The translations under genes were made by a program, and so were the position numbers. The notes below the pieces were generated by a model. It ran no database searches and was not told the DNA's origin. It saw only the letters and a list, made by a program, of their open reading frames with translations. Of a DNA stretch of 64,000 bases, positions 13,874 through 28,669 are shown piece after piece (positions within the stretch are counted from its first letter, which is position 1; each line of letters opens with the position of its first letter). Origin of the DNA: Lama glama (lineage: Eukaryota); contig CM052816.1 of the NCBI GenBank assembly GCA_028534125.1, positions 3,474,001 to 3,538,000 on the forward strand, written 5' to 3'.

Positions 13874-14861
13874 GTTAGCTGCTCCTTTTCAACCCAGAGA
13901 TTCAGGGAGCCCTCAGCACATGAATGCCCATCCCGTGACTGAGACACACTGGGCAGTCACTTTTGGCATAGTCCAGACTGTGTCACGTGGGCACCCTTTC
14001 CCTATGCCCTTGGTAAGGGGCACCAGAGGCCAAGCAGACCACAGCTGTGAAGGGAGGACCTGGCTTCTGCACCTTGCCATTTCCCCTTTGAACTCCTTCT
14101 CCTTGGGTGGCCACCCCACCTTTCGCACTTCTTACTTCCAAAGGACTTCCTCCTCCCAGACCCCTTGCCACGTCCTCATTGGTTCTTACTGTATGTTTAG
14201 TTCACAGGGAGCTTCTGTCTGAGGCAGGGTCAGGTGATGACCAGGTGCCCAGGCTCTGACCAGTCAGATGAGTCTGGCTCTCTCCCTTGTTAGCTTGTGT
14301 CCTCAAGCAAGTAATTAACAGTCTCAGACTCAGTTTCCCCAAAGTGTCATTAGAAACACAAACCATGGACTTGAAGGTTTTCCAAATTTTTACTATGGCT
14401 GTTTTGCTGGGTTTCCAGTGTCAGGACTTGGGGCTGATGCTGGGGAAGATTTTTCTCCACTTTCTCCTCTCTGCTTTCCAACCAAGTACTGAGCAGAGAA
14501 CAGGATTAAAATAATTTAGAGGAGATATATTTTCCCTTAAACTGTTATGTAAAGTTTAACACACCTAAAAGAAATCAAAGGAACAGAGAGCAATTCTTTT
14601 TTATCTTTGCTCACACCCACTCCCCCATTTTTCAAAGGGGCATTGTCACTAGCTGAATGCATTTCAAGGTTGTTTCTTTGTACTTTGTTTAGTTCTAAAA
14701 GAAATGTACTTAAAAATTCCTTACATTTCTTTAGAGCTTTACATTTTGTAATATATTTGCAACATACTTGGGTGGATGGTATTTTTTTTTTAAGTTCTGC
14801 TGCGTGCTTTTAAAAACAGCTATATTGAGGTATAATTTACATACATTAAGGTTGACTCATT

Positions 14862-15010
14862 TTATTTTATTTCTTTGGAGGAGGGGAGGTAATTCGATTT
14901 AGGTATGTATGTATGTATGTATTTATTTATTTTTAGAGGAGGTACTGGGGATTGAACCCAGCACCTTGTGCATGCTGAGCATACACTCTACCACTGAGCC
15001 ATATCCTTTC
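14862..15010 (-). mobile_element. tRNA-derived SINE (Vic-1-like), nested in an old L1 3' fragment (~14810-15520)
   Basis: Reverse complement of the 5721 element: ggtactggggattgaaccca...ctctaccactgagccatatcc. Confidence 0.85.
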
Positions 15011-15650
15011 TCCAATATTCACCCATAGTAAGCATACGAACTACCTCATATTGGCAAATGTGTCCCATTATGTAACCACCATCACATTCAAGACAGATGT
15101 TTCCATCACTCCAGCATGTTCCAGTGGACCTCTTTGCAGGCAAAGCCCCTCTATCTCCCCTCACTTCCAGCCTCAACTGATCAGCTACTGGTCTACTGAT
15201 TTGCTTTCTGTCACATGGTTTTGCCCCCCACCTTTCTTTCTAAAAGAATTTCATATAAATGGAATAGTACAATTTGCAGTCTCTTGTGTCTAGATTTTTC
15301 ACCTGGCATAATGTTTTTGAGATTCATGTTGCATGTATCGGTAGTTTGTTCTTTATTATACTTGAATAGCGTTTTGTTGCAGGAACATTCCCGTTTTTGG
15401 CTGCTGAGAATAACCCTATGGCATTTATGTGTAAGTCTTTGTGTGGACATGTTTTCTGTTAAGTAAATACCTACCCATGGAATGGCTGGGCCTCAGAGAA
15501 AGCGTATGTCTAACTTATTATCAAATCTTTGTGAGAGGATGTTTTGACTTATCACAAAAACTCTGTGCCAAACTCTTCCTACTTGACAGGAAAGGAAACT
15601 GAGGCACGAAGAAAGTTTGGTGATTTAGTCAGACTTCTCTACTGTCAGAC

Positions 15651-16419
15651 TTTTTTTTCTTAAACTAAAGAACATTTATTTGTTTTCCACCAAGACTTTA
15701 TCCTGAGGACATAACTCAACTGTGTCACCACCCCCACCCCATTTTGAAAAGGGTTAGTACAGTGAATGTTATAAAACAGATATGAACAGCTTGAAGGATT
15801 GGAACCAACACTAACTGACAAAAACTAACTTCCATCTAAATCATCATAGAAATGTTTAAGTTAAAAAAAACAGGCTGGGAGGGCAATGGATGTTTCAGAT
15901 GGAACAAGATCCTCACATTTCATCTAATACATTCAATCCTGGCCAGAATGTACCAAAACAGAAACAGGATTACTATAATACAAAACTTTCACTACAGCAC
16001 GCTGTCCACACCTGTGTTCCAAGACCACTCCCACCCCCCCTAATGCTTCCAGACTCAACTATTTCCTGGCCTGCTGGGCCTGCCGATGAGGGAGCCCATA
16101 TATTTTCTCTTTAATCCAGTCTTTGTTACAAGGCTGGCATGTCTGGGTGTCAGCTCGGTAAACAAGGCAGCTGGGGTCAGCCAGATCATCGATAAAATCA
16201 AACAACTGACTGATGTCATATGTGATAGAGAGGCTGTTGGGATTCATTCTTCTCAGATGTTCTTCATACATTTCACAAACACCTTCCATGCATTCATTAG
16301 TAGATTCATAGTCAGCGTAAGTTCTGCCTTCTGGCCTCTTTGTAGTCTGTACCAGCAAAATGGTGTGATGCATCACGCCAAACTCTTTTGCTGCAGTGGC
16401 TGCCGGCACCACCACCGCA
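15651..16419 (-). pseudogene. ERH: Processed (retrotransposed) copy of ERH (enhancer of rudimentary homolog); open ORF at 16373..16059 (104 aa)
   Basis: Intronless [27 protein letters not shown]...[17 protein letters not shown]. Has a 5' UTR stub, a 3' UTR, AATAAA (tttatt 15675-15680) and a poly(A) remnant (T8 at 15651-15658). TSD ctctactgtcagactttt at 15637-15654 and 16420-16437. Confidence 0.95.
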
Positions 16420-18189
16420 CTCTACTGTCAGACTTTTCACATGCTGAGACTAGTACGTATATCTCTAATGCTCACTCATCTTTGGTTTCTTTGCTGTTTT
16501 CTTTTTGTTCAAATCTTTTGCTTTAGTATAAGAATGTAAGCTAATTGTTACACAAAATTTAAAACTATAGATGGATGAAGGAGAAAAGAACCGAACATCT
16601 CATTTTCCTCTGCTCAGAGGAGACCATTGTTTATCTCTTTTGTATCATTTCAGGCTTGTGTCTGTGTGTGTGTGTATGCTTACAAAATGGGTTAAGATTG
16701 TGCATAATCGTTTGTGTCTTGATTGTCGCACTCTGTCATGAAGATCCTTTCCCTCACTCCTATCCTGGAGATCTTTTTTAAACCTCAATAAATATACACC
16801 TACAACCTCCTCATTAACGGTCGCTGAATCTTTAAATGGATGACTCAGCATAATTCATCATACCGGTGGCCAGTGACACTCAGGTTATTTCCAATGTTGT
16901 GCTATTATTAACAGTAGTCTTGTATTTGCTTTTATTTATTTCTGTCTCCACCTATTTCTAAACCATATTTTTACATTTTGAGATGGCCATTTGAGATAAG
17001 GTTTACTGTTCTTCAAAAGTATAACTTTGGTTTCTTTCCAAGTTACCCTTGAGATGTTGGGAAGGGGATTGGATCTGCTGCATAGATGGAGGAATGAAGA
17101 AATGGAGCTCATCTAAGTGAAAAAAGCCATCTGTTATTCAAGACACTCCAGGGATGAGTCTTGTATATTGTCTCAAATATTTTTTATGTGAATATGGGGT
17201 GGGGGGGGGGGAGTCTTACCTCACCAAAGAGGAACTTTGAGCAAAAATTTGGCAGCAAAAGCTCTGAAAGAAAAAGCTTTCTTTAGCACTGCAACTCCAG
17301 AAGTTTCACTTCCCCCTCTTCCTCTTCTCTTCCCAAACTAGAAGACTCTTAAAATACATGGACCTCACTGACAAGAGCTTCAGTATTAGACTGGGGGTAG
17401 AGCTGGTGACAGGGAAGGAGTTCAGTAACCAGCAAAAATGACAGTGACGAAAATAATCCAGTTCCTCTCCCAGAGTGTCCCTTCCCAAATTGTTTCTGTG
17501 CATTTATATGGGCTAAACTTACTCCTCTGGAGTTCCCGTGAAGAATAACTCTTCTGCCAGAGAAAACAATAGAACACGCAAGTCAATAGAGGAGATTAAT
17601 TTATACTTAAAATTCTTTTTTTCACTCCCACTTCTTCATCTTCTAAAAGGAATATTTTCAGAGACTTGAGGCAGAAGGAAATTTAGATATCATTTAGCAC
17701 AACCTCATTTTATAGATGAGGAAGTAGATGGAGAATATATTGTTTGGATTTCACTCTGATTTTTGTTTCCTTTTTACTCTAAAGGTTTAGTTGTTCCATT
17801 CTTGTATTACATAACTCTTCTTAGAAAGGGCTGTTTTCCTTGTAACTCCTTAATTACAGTGATTGGCCTGGGTTTTGTTTTGTTTTTAAATAGAACAGTA
17901 CTTTCTTGCTTCAAGGTATGAGGTTCAAAACCATCAAGACTACTTCAATTTGAAGAATAAACTATTTAACTTCCCTCACTTAATCCACTACATTTTTTTC
18001 TGCGACCTTGACCCTTCTTGTGTCACTCTTCCTGTTTTAGAGGAAGAAATATCCTTGTTCCTAAAGGCAAACTTTTCGTAAGTGTTTTTTCCTCTTTTGT
18101 TTCATAACTTTTTTTTGAAAAGTAATCCTTATTAATTGAATACAAAATAGAAAGTAGCTAAGATGTCAACAGCAATTACTATCTCAGTA

Positions 18190-19500
18190 ATAATTGTTTG
18201 AAAATGTAAAAATAAAGTATGACTCACATGATCTATAAAGAGCGTAAAATATATAGTAATTAACCTAATCAAGGATGCACAAAACCTTTATGAAGAAAAA
18301 AACTTTAAATCACTTAAATCACAACAAGAAGAAACCCCATTGCATCTGAGTAAACAGCATAGAAAACAAGACACTTTCACACATGGTTTCCTACCTGTTT
18401 GATATTCTACATAGCATATGAAAGAGATGGCATCACCAGTCATTAAAGAGAGCATGGACTTTTAGCAGAAAATAGTGAGAAAACTAACTTTTATAGAGAA
18501 AAAATAAAGTTGGATCCCTACCTCATACCATATGTATGGTGAACTCTGGAGAGACTGAAGATCAATTTCAAAAGTAAAACTATAAAGTTAGTAGGAAAAA
18601 AATAGACAACTATTTTAGTAATCTTGGAATGGAAGAGGAACTCTCAAACAAAACCTTCAAGGCAGAAACCATGAGGATAAAACTCGATGGATTTTAATAT
18701 GTTATTATTAAGGATTTCGGTTCAGCGAAGTATTCAGTGACCAAAGTTGGCAGAGGGATGGTGGAGCAGAAGAAATTACTTTTAATGTTCAGAGATGATA
18801 GTATACACACACACACACACACATACATACAGAGATTGAGAGAAAGGAAACCATCAGAAAAACGAGCAAAGATAAGTCAGTTCACTGAAGGGGAAACAAA
18901 CTGTTAACCAGTAAGTGACGAGATGATTAAACTCAGTAGTAATCAAAGAAATCCAAAGAGAACAAAATAGCACATCACATCTATCAGCATGGCAAAAATA
19001 ACAGATGGGTAATATTGCTAGCACGGATGTAGGGAAGTAGAATCGCGTGCACAGAGTGTAACTAGTCAGTTGTACCGGAGAGAGATTTGTCAGTACTTGT
19101 TGATATTAAGTGTGTGACTAGCCTATAATTTATCTAGATCCTTGTCTGGAAACTTAACCCTAAGAAACTCTCAGGTCCATGTAGGGCCATGTATGAGGTT
19201 GTTCATTGAAATTTTTTTGTGTTAGTTGGAAATTGGAGGTAAAGTAGGTGTCCATCAGTACAAGAATGGATGAGTATAACAGGGGCTTTGCCTATCATGG
19301 TATATTATGCAGCAATTAGAAAGTGTTAGATAAATGTCTGTACGGTAATACAGTTACATCTCCAGAACATAGTTTTGAGTAAACAAGGAAGCAGAATGAG
19401 ATATATAGGAAAATATCTTGTACGTTTAAAACATAATATACAGACAGTTCTATGCATTTTTAAAGGATACTTAACATACCCAATGACATTTACTTAATAG
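18190..19500 (+). mobile_element. Highly decayed LINE-1 ORF2/3' region
   Basis: A-rich sense L1 phrases (aaagttggatccctacctcataccata, gtaggtgtccatcagta, tattatgcagcaatta). Boundaries approximate. Confidence 0.6.
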
Positions 19501-22500
19501 ATTGGATAAAAATTGAAGTCAGTGTGGAAATATCAGGGGAAAATATGAGAGCAGACCTTTGATGGTAATTGTTCCTTAACCTGCATGATAAACTCAACAC
19601 TGCACTTGTGGGGAAAATGCACACATTCACTCAGCTAAAGAAAATTTATCCGTTCAACACAAACTTATTGAGACCTTGCTGGGAGAGAAAAAACTGCCAC
19701 CCAGATCTCCCCAGATAAAAATAACCATGTTTGACATTTTGTACACCTGTGCTCTCTTCTCCACCTCCTTCTCCTATTTCTGAATCCTTAACTAACAAAA
19801 ATTATACTTTTCTGCGGAAACATGTTTTCCTTTTGAATGATATCTTTCCCAGGACTACAAAACTTGCTTTGTTCCATCGTAAAAATGACCCGTTGTCTTG
19901 ACCATCATGACCTGACTTTCTATTTCTCCTGTCAAGACAACGTCTTCAAATATTAACTTAGTTTCACATTCACTTCTCAGTTTACAATGGTGTCATTTCT
20001 TTCATGCCTCTATTAAACCTGTTTCTCAAAGGTTGTTGACAGTTTCTTAATTTTAATCCAGTGGTCTTTTCTCTGTTTAGATATTGGGTATATACCTTAT
20101 TGTATGGCTTGATGCCAGGATCTCTGCCAGGTGCTGGGGCTGCAGGAAGATTTTAGTACGTATTCCAGGAGATGACACTCTGGTTAGAAAGTAGATGTGG
20201 ACATGGATAATCTTCATATGATGTTCTGATTACAGAGGTCAATTGTGCCCACGTTGCCACTGGAGCTCAAGTGGGGATTTTGGATTTGGGAAGACGTTTT
20301 GGAGAAGGTTCAGTCTGAGTGTTGGAAGGGTGAACCAGTTAAATAATATTAAGGGATTCTAGACAAGCAGCTCTGAAATTGAGCTGCACATTTGGCTTAA
20401 AAAAAATTAATGCGTAGGTCCCACCCAAGACCAATGAAATCGCAATGCCTGGGGCAGAACCTGGGTGTGTTTTTGAAGTTCCTCTTGTAATTTTAATGGG
20501 TAGCCGGATCTGAGAACCACAGGTCTAGGCTGACAGAGGAACAAGAGCAAGGCTAAAGGGGCGTAGCATGGTTGGCCAGGTGGCCAGTAAGTGTCAGAGC
20601 CTCCAGTCCTGAGCTTTCTCACTTCAAATAATGTTTGTAACCCTTTCTTGCTGCTGTTTCCACACAAGACTGCAGCAGTATGAGGACCCATGACATTACA
20701 CTGGAGTTAGACAATTTAGTGGTTTAGAACAATACAATTTTGCTTTTGTTTTTGCTTCTGTCCCTGGAGGGTCATCAGGGGAGGGCTTCCTGCTTGATGT
20801 CACTCTCACTTAGGGACCCAGACTTGTGGAGCTCTCATGGTTTGGAGCCAGTTGCTCTGTCGGGGGTGGGGGTGGGGGATAGTGAATTGCACACCAATTC
20901 TTATAGGCTTCTACCTACAAGTGACCCATGACACTTCTGCCACGGGCACTGGCCAAGTCAAATGGCCGTTACCAAACATCGTGGAGGTGAGGGTGGGGAA
21001 TGCTGCTTCACCACAGGCCTGGAGTTAACTGAAATATTTGTAAAAACAGCTATGCCTAAGCTCTCTGAGATCAAACTGAACTCAGTTGCCAAAGGCAGCC
21101 AGCTATAGTCATCAGAGGTCCCACAATATAGTAATGTAACCTGGAAGTCGTGGTTTCATTTTGGTTGGGCCAACTAGGATATCCCCAGGGGAGCTGAATG
21201 CTGTCCTTTTTCTTTCTTATATCTAAGTCTCCCACTTTCAGTTTCTTAACCCAAATTCTAGACTTGCCAGAAGAACGAGTTAGGTCCCAAGATTTCAGCA
21301 CTTCCCATATTATTCAGATGGAAACTCTCTTCCATCTTTGGAGGGTAAAATCAACGTAACAATGACTTCTTGTACCAATGAGAACCTGTATCCACCCAGG
21401 CTCCATTTCTCCTTTTCTGTTTGCGGGAGCCCCCCTTGTAAGAATGATTTCTAAGGTCGATTGACTCATGCCAGTTTCCTCCTATCTTTGTTTCCATTGC
21501 TTATAAATTGAAACCGTTTTTCTGAATTCCTTATGACTTCAGAGAATTTCCTCATAAATCATTTCATTTAACACCCAAATCAACTTTATGGTGAAGGGAT
21601 TTTTCAATCTTATTTTAGAGATGAGGAAATCGAGGTTCAGAAATGTGAGAAATCTCACAGATACTTCTCAAATCTTTGTATCTCCTGACAGCCACCCCAG
21701 TCTTCTTTCTATTTTGTATTCATTTTTCTCTTTAATGAGTCAAAATATCCATTCATTTGTTCATTCATTCATTTACTCAGAAAGAACTTCTTATCTATTG
21801 GAAGCATTGGGCCAGTTGCAAAGGGGGTGCCTACGTGTGGTTCCTTATCCTGGAGGAGCGCTCTGTTAAAGAAGGCGCTGTTCATTGCTCAACCAACAGC
21901 CTATCCTTCTCCTAACAGAACTCTAATATTTTTTCAGGAACCAGTGTATTTCATCCCTTGATCTCAGAGAACCTGGGTCCCTACCCCAGGCTCAGGGGGT
22001 GGCCTTGATTGGTCTAAGCCAGTCACAGACATCTCATAGGTTGGATCTGAAAGTTGGCTGCTGGCTTTGTTCTGGATAATAAGTTATAAGGTCTTTCCTA
22101 AGAAGGTCTTCCCGTCCTCAATAAAAGTCAAGGAGTAACGATGTGAAAGCCCTGTGACTCATTCTCCTTCCCAAAGATGAACCTGATGTCCAGGAGTTTA
22201 TCAGCCCTTCTGTGATCATGTTGGGCCATATCAACATGGGGGAACAGAAAGGAAAGAGTCTCGGTCCTTGATCGTTTTGAATCCATAGGTCGCCTACATC
22301 CAGACCTTGTTGTGAGTGGAAAAGCAAACCTTTTGTATGTTTAGGCTTTGGTGAATTGGATCTCGATTATCCACAACTGAATGGATTTCTAAGTGACTCA
22401 CCTGACTACTTTGGTAGCAAACATAAACAAATTCTTATTGTACTGGTGTGCTTAGCCTTTGCCAGCTCACCCCAGGCACTTGTGAAGGGCGTAACCCATC

Positions 22501-25375
22501 CACAGCCCTCACTGCTCAAACTGCAAATGGAATGGTTGTTTTCTGCACCATGGGGTCTCTCTTCTCCTGGGCATGGCTGATCCTAGGGTAGCCAGCCTCA
22601 GGCCTGCCAGTGAACTACAATCTGAGGTCTCCCAAGGAACATGAGAATTGGAGCAACTGGAGCTCTCTTTCAGGAATCTGGGATTTATCATAGACAGCAC
22701 GAGTCAGTGAGCTCAGAGAACTGAGCTGAGGGTCACAGAGAGGACATGGGGCTGTGGTGTAGGTCGTGGACTGTGAGCAAGCTGAAATCATGAGGAAAGC
22801 TGGTCAAGGGAGCTGTTCAGAGGTAAGCAGAAAGAGATACCTGAGAAAGGAGCAGAACAAGTGATGCTTTGGGGGGTTCTTGATGGGGTAAGGATTCCAG
22901 ATCACGAGTGCCCTTGTCAGGAGTCACCTGTTCCCTGGGGCACTGTGAGTGACCCTCTCTCCTTGTCCTCAAATAAGCTGTAACTAATATACTAGACAAG
23001 AAAAGCTATGTTGTGAGTTTTTTTTTTTTTAACATTTTTGCAATCCCTCTTTCTTTGTATATATGTGTAAAAGGTAGTAATTCCTTTACAGGTTTATAGT
23101 TGGGATTATATGTGATCAACACAGCACTTGGCAGATAGCTGCAGCTTAGTGAATATTCATTTCCCTAACAACTAAGGCTGTGTGGAAGTAGAAAGGACTG
23201 CTTGGAAGAAAGCATGCAAGCAGAGGCTTGGCCACGTGTATCAGGCTTTGGATGGATGAGTAAATTAGGGATCCTTCACTTGCCCCCTTTCCCCTCAAGA
23301 TTCATGATTCTTTATGTTTCTGAACTAGCCTTTCCAAGTAAACCAGCCTATTTTCTTTGCCTTGTGCCAATCCTCACAAAGGAAGGGACTGAATGATTGG
23401 GTTATACCTATCTGCTCAGATGCTGGACTGGATCCACAAAGGAAGGGATGTTGAGCAGGCAATGACAAGATATCCACTACAACAGGTCATTCTTTCTTTT
23501 GTGCTCCTCTACCACCACCTAACTAGCAACTACTTGAATAATAACTAACATTTGTTGGGTGTTCACTATTTGCCTGGTACTCTGCTAATTTCTTTCCATG
23601 GACCATCTCATTTGTTACTCATAGCAATCCAAGATGTAGGAAGTCTTATCTCCATTTCACAGAGGGATAATTGAGCACAGGGAGATTAAGTAACTTGCTC
23701 AGAGCCACACAGATACTATGTGGTCAAGATGGAACCCATGCAGTCTGATTTCCCAGCCCACAGGAAATCACAGAAAATAAGGAAGCTGATGCAAGGGTCA
23801 TAGAGTGAGAGGAAGCTGGCTGAGTAGACCTCCCTGATTGACAATAAGAAGGTTGGCAATACTCTAAGAGAATCCATGAAATTGCTCCCTTCTCAGGTTA
23901 AAGTCATTTCCTGACCTCAAGAGAATACACAGTCAGCGACTGTACAAGCAGGAGAAGACTTAAGAGATCTTACAACTAGTGAATTCTGAACACCATTTTA
24001 ATGAAAAGACTCCCAATTGTGCAATTCTTTTTTTTATAGGTTTTGCTCTCAAGTTCAATGATCATCCACCAAAGAAGGATTCTCTTTGCCATCAGGACAG
24101 TGCCCATACTCCATCATGCGGCTTTTCAGGCCCTTCGTGATCTGAGCTCATCTGTGGTCCAGTCTCCTCCCTTGGTACTTCCACTTCTTCCCTCCTCCTT
24201 GTGGTCCAGCCATAGTGAAATGGACACATACACATGCCAATCGTAGTCCTTGGGCCACTCTGTGGTCTCATTGTTGGTCTACACATAGCCCTATGTGATT
24301 TTATGCTAATTTTTTTCCCTTAATTTTTTGTTGTTGTTGAGAACATTTAAATTTCACAGTTACTTCTAAATACTATAATACATACCTGAAGAGCTGAAAT
24401 TCTTCAGTTAGTCCCAAGTGCCTTGAAGTTATCACCACTGAACTTTTATATGCTCCTCACTCTGCCTGAAATTCTTTCTAACCCACCCCAGTCATCTCCA
24501 ATGTGCTTTAGGTCTAGACTTTAACGGTGTCCTTGACTCTCTCCTTCCATCTTTGAAACTGGGCTAGGAGTCTTTTCCCAACAATTCCATGGTGTTCTGT
24601 CCTTTCCTTGTCACATCTTATCACAATGTGCTATATTGTCTGTTAACCTGCCACTCTGTAGAGGTCCTTCTAGGTTTAGACTTGGGGGTCTTCTGATCCC
24701 AAATGACAGGAAGCTCAACACAAATTGGCTTAAGCCCCCAGTGGGATTTATTGGCACACTGATGTGCCTTATTTCAGAGGCTCAAACCTTGTCGAGGTCT
24801 AGGTTTTGTCTCTTTCTCCACTTGCCTTCTGCCTGCTGGGTTCTCTGACCAAGCAGACTGCCCCCATTGGTGGCACGATGACTAACAGTGGCTTCAAGCT
24901 CATGTCCTCACAGCCCAAAGAACAGTGGAAGACAGAAAGGGTCCCTGTTGCTCAAAAGTTCCAGTAAATGTGATAAGACTGTGTGTATCCTTGGCTTTGT
25001 TTGGGTCACTTGTCCATCCTTGAGCCAATCACCCTGACCACAAATGAAATCAGTGCTGACTGAACTGTGTTGACTGAGAAAGAGGGAGCACCGGGTCTCC
25101 AGAGGCAAATTCCATACACAGAAAAAGAAGTTGGCAGAGACATGAAACGCTTAGGACTCATATGGACCCTCTCTCAAAAATAATATGCTTTAACATAGTA
25201 ATACAAATGAAGCATCCAATATTAGTATGTTTGTGAATTCTCCAAAGCCTGTCCACTTATCCTATCTTGGAAAGAGAAGAAAACAAAGCTTATTCTATTT
25301 TCCAGTGCACGACTCCTTCCAGATTCCAAATTACTATTAACATTTTCATTTCTAAGATAAAAATATATGCACTTC

Positions 25376-26285
25376 TTAAAAAACAAACTTTTAGAACAGC
25401 TTCGGATTGACAGAGAAAATTGTGAAGAGAGCACAGAGAGCTCCCATACACCCTACGTCTGGTTTCCCCTACTGTTACCATCTTACCTTAGCCTGGTATA
25501 TTTGTTACAATTCGTGGATGAACATTGACAACCATCACTGACCAATGTCCAGAGGTATTTTGTAGAATGCCCTTCAGCTAGTCTGTGTCTGATGTTTTTT
25601 TCATACCTTGACCTGGGTTATGGGTTCTTGGGAGGAAAACCCGCAGAGGTCAAGGGCCATTTACATCACATCTTATCCAGGGCCATACAGATAAGGCCGT
25701 ACTGTCAACATGCCTTATCTCTGATGTTGATGTTGACCTCCTGCCCGCAGCAGGGTTTGCCAAGTTCCTCTGCTGGGAAGGTAGTCTTTTTTTCTCCCTC
25801 TCCACACTGTATTTTGTTGGGGAAAAGTTCACTGTGTCCAGGTCACAATTAAGGAGTGGGAGTTACGCTTCACGTCCTTGAGGAGGGAGTATCTGCATGA
25901 GTTATTTGCAATTCTTCCAGGGAGAAGATGTGTCCCTTCTCCCCCACTTTATTGATTCAATCACTTATTTATATCCATCTGGGTTCATTGGTATTTATTA
26001 TATACTTTGGGTTATAATCCAGTTCTATTTTTAAAATTTTGTTCCAGCTTTGGTCCTTGGGAGCTCTTTTAGTTTCTCCTTGGCCCTTTAACAATCCTAC
26101 TGTTAAACAGTAGATTTTTGTTTTAATTTGTTTAGCCCTTCCATACTTTCCAGTGCTGTAAGATGCTAGACTCACCTTAAACATTTCCTGCCTCTCTCCT
26201 AGAATCGGCCACTTTTCCAAGGAGCTCTAGTTCCTTCTACTGGAGAATGGTATTAGAAACTAAGAGCTGGGTGCTAGGTGTGCTC
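25376..26285 (-). mobile_element. L1MC4/5-like 3' UTR fragment
   Basis: ttttagaacag...cagagagctcccatacaccc...tagttccttctactggagaatggtattagaaactaagagctgggtgctaggtgtgctc. Confidence 0.7.
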
Positions 26286-28669
26286 AGTGTGTACATTTGA
26301 CAAATTCATGTAGTCTAAATAACATATAAATAAATTACTGTAAATTACTTAGAGTAATTTAGTTATTTTAAAAGGCTTATTACTAGACTATAGCAAATTC
26401 CTTTCCTATTCCTTCTGATAAAATTTAAACTCTTCAAGTTTTTTTCTTCTGTTTCTTACCTCCATATTACTAATAATGTGCTTGGGCTGGTAGTGTTTGA
26501 TCAATCTAGACATTATCTGTTGACCTCCTGTAAGGGTAAATAACAGTTTGACATTCTTGCATCCACCCACCCCGACTTTCTCTCCGCCTATCTTTCCAAT
26601 GTAGTCATATAACCATTTTATGTTAAACCAGTAGCCAGAGTTTTTATAATTCTGACCTTACAACTATCTTTCACATTGAATAAATGTACTATAATTACAT
26701 ATTCTTTCTTTTACGACATTTTATTGTTCCTGGTTGTAGTAATTGCCTCGTTTTTTTCCGTTTTCTTAATTTCCTAATTATCCATCCAAATTCATTTCAA
26801 ATGTTCTATCTGTCAAAGATTTACAAAATCTATTTTCAAAATACCTAGCAGTCTGAAAGACCTCTAGTCGTCTGATTTCGTAGATGGGTTCCATTTTCTA
26901 GAAAAACATCCTTAAATTTACTTTTCAAACCTTCCACAAAATTTTGGGTTAAGTATAATGTTTTTAATTTCTAAGAGCTCTTTTTCTCTTATTTTTCCTT
27001 TTTATAGCTTCTCTGTTCTTTCTCTTTTTTTCTTGAAAGATATTAGTGTGTGTGTTTTTTAGTTTTCTTCTGCTCTCTCTGTTGCTTTTGTATTTTTTCA
27101 GACTGAAGAACTTGCCCACAATGTCTGAAGGTTCTTGGTTGTCTGTTCATATCATACAGTGACACCCTAAAAACTAATTGATAGTGCAAGCATGTGTGAC
27201 TGAGATTCGTGCACGGGTGCCTTTATTAAAGAGGGACTGGGTGATACTGTCAGAGGACACCCAAATATCAGTACCTTTGAGGGTTTTATTTGGGGCATTT
27301 ACTGTATCCAGAGATTAAGTCCCCCAGTTTCCTGGGAATAGGGTGGGAAAAGGACAGTTCTGGGGGCATTCAGTGGAAAGACTGTCTCTGAGTCCCTCTC
27401 TTTTCATTCCTTCCTCCTTGTTTTCTGGCTTCTCTGAGTCCATAGCCTCACCCAGTATTTGTATTTTCACCAATATCTTCAGGGTGAGCAATTTGAAGTT
27501 TTAAGCCTTGTTTGGCTGGTTACAATCAAATAACTTTTTTTTTTTAATCTTGAACATTCATGCATTCTTAAATTCCTTCTCTGGGACTAGATAGGAGCTG
27601 GCCGCTGGTATGCTTGGTCTCATGGTGCGTTACCCTCCGGGTCACAGATCCAAGAAGGGTGTAGTGATTAAGAGCAGGGACTTTGGGATCAGAAAGTCCT
27701 GGGTTTGAGCTCTGTGCAACATTTTTGCTGTGAACATCATTGACTTAACTCCTTTAAGCTGCAGTTTCCTCATCTGTTAAATGGGGAAAATAATACTATC
27801 TTTTTCTTGGGGTTGTGACCGCTAAATCATACATCTAGATCATGTGGCAGAGTGCCTGGCATGTGAGTAAGCATTCAAGAACTAACGAGGATGAGATGAA
27901 CCTGTTTTAGAAAATACACCTGGTTGGTGAGCATTGATTTGATTCCTCCTCTAACAGGTTTTGTGGTGCTGGATGTATGGCTGAGTCCAGAAGGGTCACA
28001 AATCTCATCTGGTTCAAGCCTGAAACCCAGTTCATGAATTGTCTTTTGTGCTTTTTCCCCATCCAGTGGCTTCACTCCCAAGTGGCAGAATGGCCCAGAC
28101 CTTGGGTTTGTTTGTTACCTCAGCCTGTCTTGTAACTATCACCATAGGCTTCCTCTGCTGACCCTCTCTTTCCTGGCCCCATAAACTCCGTGGTTTTGGC
28201 TTATGTGATGGCTGATGGCAGTCCTGCTTTTCTGTCTCCATTATCAGGGCAAGGGGGCCAAGAGTCTGGGTGAGAGAGAGCCCAGAATGGGAGCAGAGTC
28301 AAATTCCTGTCTCACTCTCCTTTGGCTCTGATGCGGAGTCCAGGTGTGAACCACTACCAGCGGGGAGAGTTAATTGCCTTTTATCGTCAGCTGCGCAGTA
28401 GGCAGGAGGCCTGTGGCCGACGCATCTCTGACGCACCCACGTGCACACACATGCACACGCAGAGATGTGCACGTGCCTGTAGGACCCCCACACCCCTCAC
28501 ACACACCCCCACACACCCGAGCCTACAAGGAGGACACGTACACCCACGCCGCCGCTCCACCCGTGTGCACACACGTGCTCACGGCCAGGAGAGAGAGCAC
28601 AGCACATTTTATCACACATCCCAGAATGAGCGAGGCCCTTCAGGAGGGGGAAAGGGAAGATTATGAGGC

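Noticed and set aside
16374..16415. 14-aa N-terminal extension of the ERH ORF ([14 protein letters not shown])
   Set aside because: It starts at a GTG in the copied 5' UTR; the homologous ATG is at 16373.
23376..23449. Direct repeat cacaaaggaaggga 60 bp apart
   Set aside because: Only two short copies with no array structure; probably a local duplication or chance.
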